From contig OX597826.1 of NCBI GenBank assembly GCA_951406725.2, positions 34,596,001 through 34,660,000 on the forward strand: DNA of 64,000 nt, read 5' to 3'. Numbering within the stretch: the first letter of the stretch is position 1; each line of letters begins with the position of its first letter. Position numbers and translations under genes: made by a program. Of the stretch, positions 52,843 to 64,000 are shown piece by piece. This DNA is from Octopus vulgaris (taxonomy: Eukaryota). The notes under the pieces were generated by a model. The model was not told the DNA's origin. It did no database searches and saw only the letters and a list, made by a program, of their open reading frames with translations.

Positions 52843-54567
52843 TTTTGTGTGTAGTGCATGTGTCATGTGTCCGCTCGTATATGTGTGCGCACGTGTGTTT
52901 TTGCACGCACGTAAATATATCTATGCGTTTTTCTCTGCGTTTTGTGTGGAATCTAATACGCATGGAATCTTCTATGCACGAGACAGGAATATCTTCTTGT
53001 TGCTGTCTAATATAATAACAGCATGTGTACCAGAATTTTTGTTCATGTGTTTATGTATGAGAAATTGCGTTTATTTGTGTACCATTGTACCTAAGTGGCT
53101 GTGAGTGTATTAGAAAAAATGTCACTCAATATGTGTACTTGTCTCTGCGTATTTGCATGCTTACCTACGAAGCGTGCATACATATGTAGCGTGCGTGTTT
53201 GCATTTGAGAATATGTTTAAACTCTATATACGAGCGACTAAAATATCGAACTACTAAATAAGCTAGATCATAGAGTTACTACTTCACTGCAGCATCGATG
53301 AAAATAGTTATCAGATTATCAATCCCTTCTGGCTTCTGGTCTAGAGTTGCAGATCATCTTACCGATAATATCATGATTGATATTAACCATTTTGACTTGA
53401 CAAAAGAAAAATGCATGTAACAGAGACTAAAAGAAAACTTCTCTCTCTATCTCTTCTCCGCCCTCTCTTCTCCTTCTGTCTCTCCTCTATGTCTCTACCT
53501 ACGTAATATATATATATATATATATGTATAGACACGTATGTTGTATTTATACATATATATGTAACTCTATATATAAGAATACAGATGTGCTTACACCCAT
53601 AAATATATATAAATATATATATATTTATATATATCCATATGGATATGTATAAGTATAGATGTGTGTACAGAGTGATGTAGATAGACAGCAACAATATAAA
53701 CATATAAACAAAGTAGACAGCACCGGAAACATCTAGATCAAAATGTAAAACAACTACAACTGCCATATGCTTGAAGATTGGTGATGCCGAAGTCGATCCA
53801 ACAAAGCAAGGATTAAGAAAGAGTCTGGCGGGAATTAACGTCATATGAAGAAACGGTTAATCTAGCAAAATGAACTACTGCCATTTATTATGCTGCTTCC
53901 TTGCTCTCTGACCAAGTCTCCAAAAGTCATTCCAACAAAGGGTATGGATTTAATGTGTGCTGTGGTGCATTGGTGAAATATCGAACAAGGAAATGCCAGG
54001 ACGGGATTTCGATTCCTGGGTCAGGATATATTCATTTATACGCAATTTTGCAGTTTTCTCTTTTTAGTATATTAAACAGCAAATATCCAGTGTAGGCATA
54101 GAGGGACACTATTTTCATTGTGACGTGTGTAGCATTCCAGAAATTGAGAATATTACTTCAGCATTGAATACATGAGAGGCGGTAACTTGAAGAAACCAGG
54201 GAAATTTGATGGTTAAACATTATCATACAGAGGGTAATGTGCACATTGGCTAACATTGTGCACTGTTCGATCTGTAGTTCTCTTCAAGTGCTTTTAATCG
54301 GTCTTATGGCAAATATGTAGATGGCTAACAAGTGAGACGTGATTGCGTGCAGGGTAGCCGATCAGACACAGAAATTGCCTGAGATGTATCACTAATATGT
54401 GAAACATGTCGGGGAAAGCATAAAACACCATATTCATAACCACTCTATATTTTCCTCTATCACTGAGTTTTTTTTTAACGTATCACCTTGGAAACTGTTT
54501 AACGTTTACAATAGGAAAAGAATAAATTCCCTTAGTCGATAAGCAAATTTGCCTTTAACCGTCTCTG

Positions 54568-54992
54568 GGCAGAATGTTTGGCTGTGACGTCGCAAAATCG
54601 TCAGGACTTCGACAGTTTTACTTCCGGTTTGCTACGTTCTAAGTCCAAAACATATCGAGCTCAAATTTCCGAGTCGTTAAAATAAAGTACCGATCAATTA
54701 CTGGGATAAATATAAACGATTATACTCCTCTTCGCAATATTGCTGGTGCTGTGCCCGAACTAGAAAGAATTTATGTTTGTATTAAGATGGCGTGTTGACA
54801 GAATATCTAAAATGTCGGCCATAATGCTTCGCGGCATTTCGTCCGTCTTTAGGTTCTTAGTTCATATTTCGCCGAGGTCGACTTTACTTTCCATCCTTTC
54901 GGGGTCGATAAAATAAGTACCAGTTGAACACTGGGGTAGATGTAATAGACTAATCTCCTCTTTCAAATTGCGACCCTTGTGGCAAAATTTGA
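54568..54992 (+). mobile_element. Two tandem Nin-SINE (family B) monomers
   Basis: 54783-54992 has 'gccgaggtcgactttactttccatcctttcggggtcgataaaataagtaccag'; a more degraded copy precedes it. Confidence 0.75.
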
Positions 54993-55198
54993 TGGAGGAA
55001 GTGAGCACGTGCGTTGAGTGAGGAAGTGAACACAGACATTCACTATAAACGAATAATTTGTGCACATCGTTCGGCAAAGTTTAAAACGAATACGTCGTTT
55101 TCGACGGAAGAGGGCATCATTATTATTAAAAGATTTATTATTTTTTTCATAGCCTGGACAATAGCACATATGACTGCTGTTGATTTTTCATTATGTTT

Positions 55199-55242
55199 GG
55201 CTACTATAGCCTCGAGCCGACCAAAGCTGAAAGAAGCCCGTC

Positions 55243-55284
<42 letters not shown>

Positions 55285-55285
55285 A

Positions 55286-55381
<96 letters not shown>

Positions 55382-55538
55382 TCCCTCAACATCGCCTGAC
55401 AACCGATGCTGATGTCTTTGCGTCCCCATAAATTAGCGGTTCGGCAAAAGAGACCGATAGAACAAGTACTAGGCTTACAAAGAATAAGTCCCGGGGTCGA
55501 TTTGCTCGACTAAAGGCGGTGCTCTAGCATGGCCGCAG
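55199..55538 (+). mobile_element. Family C SINE, 5'-truncated, with greatly expanded internal (TA)n(TG)n
   Basis: 'gaaagaagcccgtcgtatat...(tg)n...gtttgtccc..aacatcgcctgacaaccgatgc...gcatggccgcag'. Confidence 0.85.
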
Positions 55539-57921
55539 TAACTTGTCCAGTTAGGTGTCTTGTATTTTAATTAAGGAAATCTTGTCTTATGAGGTTTCCC
55601 GTTTGTACATCGAATATAGCTGATTGAATTTATCAGTCATCTCTCAACATCATTTGTATTCTCAACGTTGGCAGTATATTTGAACTCAGAAATTAGATTG
55701 GCGAATAAAAACGAGCGCATACATTGCTCTATAGTAAGATGGTTGTTTTAGTTTCAATAGCCCCGGGAGCTACCTTAGGCTAGTACTTTATTCTATAGTG
55801 AAATGAAGACCAAATTTTTGTGCGTGATATTTGCTGGACAAAGTTTAGATAAAGTTGTTTCGGAGGGACCATTTCTGTTCCTCAAAGCAGTCATGTTTGG
55901 CCCTTTGAAATACAACTGCTTTATGTGTATTTTTAGCAGAAATGACTCTACGACAAAATTTCTGAAGCTGGTCTTCGATCTGTGGTGGGGAAGAACTTCC
56001 ATGGCATTCTTCTTGGAAATTAAGGCTTATACCCTTCATCCTTTTACTAAGCGTAACCAAAAACATTTAGATGTACTATCATTTCTTTCGCTCCACTGAT
56101 TTCGGAATCATATTTTGGAGAGTAATGAGTTGTAGTAACGTTGATAGTGAGTGTATTAGAAATGTAAGGGTATTTGGTTGCTGTTAAACGGCAGATCATA
56201 ATACAATTATCGTACTTGCTTGAATATTGCCGTTGTCCGAAGGCATTTCGCATCAAAATTTACTTAGGTTCCGGTATATTTGATCTAATATTTCAAGTTG
56301 TCAATTTTAAGGAGCGTGAATTAGCTAGTTGTCCGGATTAAACACCGTTCCAATATAAGTATCATTTTCCTGCAGGAATAATAGAATAAGGCACGGAAAT
56401 GGAATTGAACATAACAATTCGTTAGTTCTTCCGTTGCTTAAAGCAGTGAGTTATATAACATAATAATTATTGGAGGATTTGACTGGTGACGTCGGTGTCT
56501 CTTGATGATCTCACAAACAAGTGAGTAGCAGTGACAGAACACGACTTCTGTCTTCTAGTTAGCTTTCTGCTACAAAACAGGCTCAGGAATTTAAAATCTC
56601 CTTATCTATAATAGTTCTTATATATTGTTAGTAGCTGCATTTTAGCTTTAATCTCATTTGCGGAATGCCAAAGATGTAAAACGCTGGAGAATCTTTCTTT
56701 TACATCTTCCGCTTTAAGACAGATTTCAAATTGCGGTGGCTCAAACCTTCCCTTCATACCTCTCGTATCAGAGTCTTGAGTAAGTGTCATTCTTTTCTAG
56801 CGCCCCCCGACCTTTGTGGTTGAAATTGAATAAACGAAAGCTGCTTAGAAGCCCGTTGGACGGATTGCATTCACAATTCGAAAGGGTCGGCTTTGTCTTA
56901 AATTGTGTCATGTAGATTCTACCGGAGAATTAGGTTTGTGGTATATGTGTGTAGAGAATGTGTAACTACAAGATCCATCTGTGGTGCAGTTACATTCTCT
57001 ATCTGCCAGATAGAATATTGATTTAAGCTTTTCAAAGTTGGTGTATACATGTGAGCACGTGGCACAATGTTTGCACGTGTGTAGATATATACGCTGTGTG
57101 ATTGTGTATGTAAGTGCATGCGCGTCTCCACGTGTGTGTGCACGCGCGCGTGTCTCTGTGTGTAGTGTGATCTAGATTATATTATAATATAAAAGACAAT
57201 TGTCTGCTTAGTGCTTCTGCTATGTAGGTAGCAAGTTCATTTCGTGGTGTTTAATAATTTTTTCAAGACAGATAAACATCTTGTTGTAGCATATGGTTAA
57301 TGATTTTAACCTTAATTATTATCATAATGACACCATCTGTCGTAGTAAATATTGACGATGCGGTGGAGGGTAGGTGCAGTGGTGGTGGCGGTCGTCGTCG
57401 TCGTCGTGGTATTTGACAGTGAAGATATGTTGATAATGATAATTATGAGATAAAGTGGATTTTGAGAGGTAACAGTTGATGCTGAGACTGATTTCGGTCG
57501 GGATGATGATGTTGGCGAGAGTGATGATCAATAATTGTGATGATAGATCACAACAGTGGTGGTGGCGGCGGCAGCGATGTTGGCCCTGGTGGTGGTGGTG
57601 GTGGTGCTGCTGCTGCTGGACGTGGCGGTAGTAGTGGCGGTGTGAGGGCTAATACTAGTGCTAAATGATGACGGTGTCGAGTGTATATGAGGTTGAACGA
57701 TTGTTTAAGTTAGTAGTGGCGGTGTGTGCGGAAGTGGCGGGGTGGTAGACGGGAAGGATGATGGTGTATCCATCAAGGAGGCATAATGAAGAGCTCAACC
57801 CTCCATCAATCAATGTCATTAAATGCACTCCAAACTCCTTCAGCAACATAAGTGGCGTATAGATACATACATACACACATACATACATACATACATATAT
57901 ACATACATATATATGTATATG

Positions 57922-57993
<72 letters not shown>

Positions 57994-58011
57994 TGTATGT
58001 ATGTATGTATG

Positions 58012-58056
<45 letters not shown>

Positions 58057-58783
58057 TGTGTATCTATATGCATATGTATATTCTTTCTTGATACTAGTTA
58101 TTTTTCGGTTTTTTTCGTCGTTCTTTTTTGGTTCCATTTTTTATTACTGTGGAATATAGAATTTGGCACTACCGTCTTTGCATTTCTAATTTAAAACTAC
58201 TGATGATATCTTTATATTATGTCTTTTATGTTTTTTTTTTCTTTTTTCCCATCCCACACATCATCGCCTCATTGTGTTTTAGTCGCCTCCCTTGCTGGTT
58301 AGGCAGTTGAACGAAACCTTCCACACAACACAATATTTACTGCTCCATCTCAATGAAGCCAATATAACGAAAGAGCGAAAGAAAGAAGAAAAGAAAAACA
58401 CACATGGGTGAAATGAAAAGCGAAAAAAGCAAAGTAGAAATACTAAATAAACTGATAAACCAATATGAGTGTTTATAGTGGCGGTGGTGATGACTGGAAC
58501 GATGAGTAAATAAAAAAAGTAATCTTTTAATTGCCAAAAGAGGACAAAAAGAACAAGAAAAAAACAATTCCATTACTAGTTTAATACAAAATACATATAT
58601 ATAAAAATAACTAAATATATATCAGCACAAAACATTGCGCTCTGTATACACACAGACACACACACCAGCAGATATCCTTATATATATATTTAATATATAC
58701 ACACACATATATGTTTTTGTTGTGCGTGTGTATGTATATAGTTGTGTGAATGTATGCATATCTCTATGCTTGTATATATATGT

Positions 58784-58870
<87 letters not shown>

Positions 58871-59400
58871 AAGTTAAATACACTTTTTGAGATCAACTTG
58901 TATATTTAAATGTGTCAACTGTGCGACTTCTTTCTCCTATTTAAAGATAAGTTTAAACATAATTATGTTTTATACCTATATATTTATGTCGTGGAATGAT
59001 TCTCCGATAGAAACGTTAACATAATTATCTTCAACCAGACGAAGGGGAGTCAATAAGCAGTCATCCAGAATTCCAGAGATAGCAGCCAAACTACTTTAAA
59101 AGTAAATACATTCTTTTACGTATTTCCAATAAATGAAGCCAAAAATGCTGTAATATATCATAGGTTAGGCTATGATTGGTAAGTACAGCAAAATAAACTA
59201 AAGAGTACATCGTCTGTCAGTATCGATAAGAAAATTGTAAGCCATGAATATGCATAGATGCAGAATAAAAAGAGAAACTGTTGGTGCATTGGTGAAGAGA
59301 TCCACGCGATGATCAACAGAGTAAACGTATTTACGTTTCTAAAATTGTATTAAAGTGTTAACAATTCAAACGGAGTTTCATTTCATAGAAAGTATATATA

Positions 59401-59955
59401 CAGGGTCAAACAAAATGATCTGACTCATTTGTAGGTTAAATAAAAGGCAAATGAAGTAAAGAAACAAACAAGGGTTTTTATTTTTGAAAAGTACATATAA
59501 TGCCATTTTGTTTCATTATGTTTTAAAAATTAAATCAGTCAAATGGGATCCATTATTGTCCACACACTGTCGAAGGCGTTCACGAAAGTTGTCAATAACT
59601 CGGCGGGTCATTTCATGTGGAATGGCAGTAATTTCTTGACGAATTGCATCTTTAAGTTCTGGCGGTGCGAGGTCGGCCGGTTGATTTTCGTTTCAATGCA
59701 GATCCAGTAGCTCTGAAGTTCGTAACCCATAACAAGATCGTGTTTCGAGCTGGTACGGGATCATGTCTACCAAGATTGAAGTGCAAACGGAACGCTCTTT
59801 GTGTTGCAGTTACAGAATCGTTTGTTTTGATAAACGTTTCCACAATGAAAGTGCGATGCTCACCAGTCCAATTCATGGCAGCAACTGAAAAAGAAACGAA
59901 AAACAATGCCTTTTATTTAACCTACAAATGTGTCAGATCATTTTGCCTGACCCTG
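59401..59955 (-). mobile_element. Internally deleted Tc1/mariner-superfamily element (DD41D/rosa-like) with 49-bp TIRs and TA TSD
   Basis: TIRs 59401-59449 and 59907-59955 (46/49 identical), flanked by TA. N-terminal DUF4817-like HTH (MNWTGEHRTFIVETF...TQRAFRLHF...GRPRTART) is joined to the C-terminus LKDAIRQEITAIPHEMTRRVIDNFRERLRQCVDNNGSHL. Confidence 0.9.
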
Positions 59956-61014
59956 TATATGGGTTTTAAAACTATAGTTGTGTTAATATCAGATTTTTAT
60001 ACAAGATAAATATGAAAGATTTAAATGAAATAGATCTGATAATTCATATAAATCTAAATGAGATACAGATGAAACAATATTTCAATGAAATGAAGATAGA
60101 TAAGAAACGTAATACATCCACATTATTATCTTGTTAACATAAAAAATTCAGACTTTTCAAAATTGAACAAAATTGAACAAAAATGTCAAATCTCCGAAAC
60201 TTTGAATGTCTTTACTCGTCACAGAAGAGTATATTTATTTCTTAATCCACGGACATTCATTGCTGTGTATGCTTTCTTGAATCCAATATAAGTCAGCACA
60301 GTACGTCATCATGGAATTAACTGATAACATTGCGATAACAGGAACATGGAAAGTTTTTGTCGTTTTTTTTTTTTTGTATTTATCGACATTTCTATATCCT
60401 GACTGTAGAGAGGTAAACTCTATCATTCACAACTGAGGTATACTATACTACGATAAAATCAAATTTCAACTTTGGCTATGAAATCTCGGTGACAAAAGAA
60501 CCAGACCCTGATTATCAGAATGTTTGATGGCGCAGATCAGCATGACCGGATTATTCTTGTTTTGGATAGGAATAGGCCCATGTAATATAAATGTGACGAA
60601 TAAGAAAGCGTGGACAAGTCTGCCTCACCTGACTTGAGACACAGTGAAAAGGCACCCATTGCAAAGTATTTTGTCCGACGATAACAGAACGAATATTCCA
60701 ACACCTTAAATTCAAGTTTACGTACAAACACTCGCGCGCATACGCACACGCACACACATACACACACACACAGAGATACATACTCACAAGGGATATAACA
60801 ATCCTTATACATTGATATATGCATATGAATGTTAACATACACAAATATGTGTATACGTGTGTGTGTGTGTATGCGTGTGTATGTGTGTTCTTGCGTGTTT
60901 GTGTGTGTATAGATACGAAACTAATGTGTTCTATTCCCATATTTGCTGTACCAAACTGATACCGATACGCACGTGCATCTCACCTCACTTCTCTTATATA
61001 TTCAATATATATAT

Positions 61015-61071
<57 letters not shown>

Positions 61072-61949
61072 AATGTGTATATACATACATATATACACAT
61101 ATTCCTATATATATATACATGTATGCATTATGAATGTATGTATGTTTTTGTGCTTATATATATGTGTGTACGAATATATATATCGCAATATATATACGTA
61201 AAACATTATAGTACGGGATATGACATTGCGTATTCAAAGTATCGCGATATGCATATTTATTAGTTTCACTGGAACCAAAAATGGCAGTAAAGAGGTAGAG
61301 GTAGCGAAGGAAAGAATATGTCTTCATATATTAAGTTGAAATCCCAGCAGAATTCAATTTTCCTTCTAGACCTTCAGGGTCGATAAAATAATTACCTTTC
61401 ATGCATCGTGATTGATTGAATTGCCAATATATTCCCTTTGCAGCGATGTGGACTTGTATAGATTTATGTGTTTATTTATTTATTTCATTAAGATAAAGAC
61501 TCGACTTTATGAAGCATGAGTGCACCGAATCAAACCATTTCCTATAGAAGAGAAGGTAAGCCTAATTTTTCCGAAATAGTTCTAATTTCACGTTAAAACC
61601 AGAGCTTCATATTTCAGGAGTTATCGACCTTAGGTAGCGCATGCTACCTAATAATAATCAGTCTGTTATTATTACTTTTGTTGTTACTGCTGTTGTGCTT
61701 GTTATTTTACTCTCTCACGTAGATACGGCGTGTGAATTGGTTCAATCCTGAGTTTGTGGAACAAAATGCTGTGCGATATTTTTTCATGTTGTTTCATGTT
61801 CCAGTTCAAATCTTGCACATGTCTACTTTGCCTGTCATTGGTCAAGGGGTCAGTAAAATATATTACTTGACCTACGAAGGAAAGTAGTGGAAATGCTGGA
61901 CAATATATTTTGCGGCCTGTGCCCCTAGTTTAGGTGCTCAAGCATGTGT

Positions 61950-62600
61950 ACCAAACTTATCTGCTTCTTGCCGAAGTGGTGTCTTATTGTAGAGAAAATC
62001 ACTGAGCGAAGGCAACAGGAATCCAACTTTGTATTCTACAAAAAATTCTATGTTAATGACTTATTGATTACAATGGTATTTACCGAATATCCTCCGGCTG
62101 TCGATTTGATACGAAAAAGAGAAGATGGAGCAGATATATGGTCGCTCAAATTAGAACATAGATGTTCACAATAAAATAACGTAGCAACAAAATTACATGG
62201 CCACAAACCTTCCATAAATCTATTTTGAACTTCTACGGTTAGCAACGTTGTGACGGAATTATCTCCGAAGTTTGTGTTAAGCAAATGAGAGATTACCTTG
62301 CTGTCTATCACCTCTATATTTTGCCATATGGAGAAATGTGTAGAAGCCAATGACCAAACCGAGAATTATGTAGTGCTACAAGACTCATGCAGAACCAGGT
62401 AGATTTTCAAGATTTAACTATATTTTGATCTATAACAACAAAAATGAACTTGTTAGGTCATCAGCCAACGAAAACTCAGCTGTTTATCTGAGATCCCGTC
62501 AAACAGGTGGATGACTTGCAGAACCATTTAAGTGTCTGACACTATGTCGACTATATTTAGCTATAGCCATTCTATTCGCAAAAAACTCGTTCAAATGAAA
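61950..62600 (+). pseudogene. Possible highly decayed BEL/Pao LTR-retrotransposon pol relic
   Basis: KKFYVNDLL...AVDLIRK resembles RT 'NFYVDDLL...AxxLI'; ELVRSSANENSAVYLR resembles Pao 'ELHxFxDAS...AVxYLR'. Confidence 0.3.
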
Positions 62601-64000
62601 TCTTTCTTTCAACAGTGCACCAATAAAATGCAAATCTTGTTCAGTGCCATGATTAATTAATACTGTTATAAATACTTTTAAATGTGAAAAGAATTATAAT
62701 AAAAACACTAGAATATATGAGGTTATTTACATTGTTTCTGTAAAAACACTTTGTTATAGAACGTTTATTGTTTACACAATTGGCAACGATGCATTACTTT
62801 TAATGTTGTTAGATTCCAAAGATAAATTCACCTGGATAAGACGTCAGGCAATACTAATTCACATTTCCACATTATTTAGTAAATATTCTGGAGTTATTGG
62901 GAAATAGGTTTCTCGAGATAGAAAAATAAACAACAAATGCTAGCAACTGATTTGAACTCGCTGTTCTGTTCTAATCAGCCAAATACTTTATCTACTACGT
63001 CGTTTCGCTCCTACACAATTCGCTGTAGTCTTAAAAGTAATAGTTCAACCAGATTGTATTAGCAACTCCACATCGATTTTGCATCATAGAATAAGATTTT
63101 ACAGCCTGAAGAATAATTGGATTGGACTGATGTAGCTGAAACAGTTATTAATATTAGCCCATCAAAGTTATGTGTCATGGTGGAGTGATTATAATATTGG
63201 CCTCTAAATCCAATATATTACACTTCTAAATCTTCAGCAAGATATTAGAAAAGGATAGGCTTGTGTATATTTAGAATGAATAATCTAATGGATAAGTTAC
63301 ATACTTTCTCTAAATAGAGATTTTGGCCTAAGAATAATGATGATTTCTGAAATGATGTTGTGGTGACTTTCTCTGTTCAGGCGTTCCAACTTTGACCATC
63401 CTATCTTTCGTTTATACTTAGGAATATATTATCCAAAATTTCAAGATGTTAAGTTGTAATTTGATAGGTAATTGGCTGCTATTAAAACGCAAAAGGTATG
63501 CGTACAACAGTGTTTTCCGTAGGGTCAGGGTCCTATGAGGAATGCCTGGGAGGAATGAAAATACGAGAGGGTAGACAAATTACGAGGTTTAGTAAAAATT
63601 AGAAGCCTTTAATAATTTTAAAGACACGTCCCTGCCAAACTCAAACTACTGCCACTACTCCCATGAAAATACTGGACAATAACACAACACCAGCAAAGCC
63701 AAGAGCAGCAGCAGCAGTACCAACATCACCGTCTTAAGAAGTTCATTAAACGTCGATCACGATGCTTCATTTATATATTCTTTCACTTTTACCGATTCCC
63801 TTTACACGCAATCACTCGGTGTGCAGAAGTTGGTCACTTGCGAAATTATTTCGACCAGTTGCTGCCATATGTAAGATTAATCCAATGATTATCGAGCTCC
63901 GTTACGAATATCAGTCCGCCATCTTCTTTAGTTGGGAAGCCGAGGTCGTTTTTATTAGCTTGGTTGTCTTTGCCAAAGAGGCTGTGTGGTGAATCACATT

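Noticed and set aside
55793-56099. Overlapping 69-98 aa ORFs in unique sequence
   Set aside because: No recognisable domain or convincing splice structure.
58983-59025. 'ttatgt...gaaacgttaacataa' hammerhead-like pairing
   Set aside because: No recognisable core or stem II; likely chance in AT-rich DNA.
63840-64000. Minus-strand KRRWRTDIR, resembling a LINE C-terminus
   Set aside because: A single short motif at the window edge; insufficient evidence.

Overview
AT-rich, microsatellite-dense eukaryotic non-coding DNA (intergenic or a large intron). The repeat types (tRNA-derived SINEs with Nin/Deu-, CORE- and MESC-like domains; (TA)n, (GATA)n and (AAT)n arrays) look like an Octopus/coleoid cephalopod genome; this is an inference from recalled repeat sequences. 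No host protein-coding gene is recognisable, and nearly all listed ORFs are translated microsatellites. Supportable coding remnants are all from transposable elements: an uninterrupted 3' part of a Tx1/L1-clade LINE (14076-15832) inside a (GATA)n array with a perfect 48-bp fold-back at its 5' junction, RTE and R4/Dong 3' fragments, a mariner fragment, an internally deleted DD41D/rosa-like element, and weak APE and BEL/Pao relics. The most notable hidden signal is a set of at least six or seven dispersed, mostly degenerate minimal type-I hammerhead-ribozyme-like motifs of the kind found in Penelope-like elements. One of them is fused to a tRNA-derived Pol III head in a unit flanked by a 13-bp TSD (50616-50958), a candidate hammerhead SINE or retrozyme.
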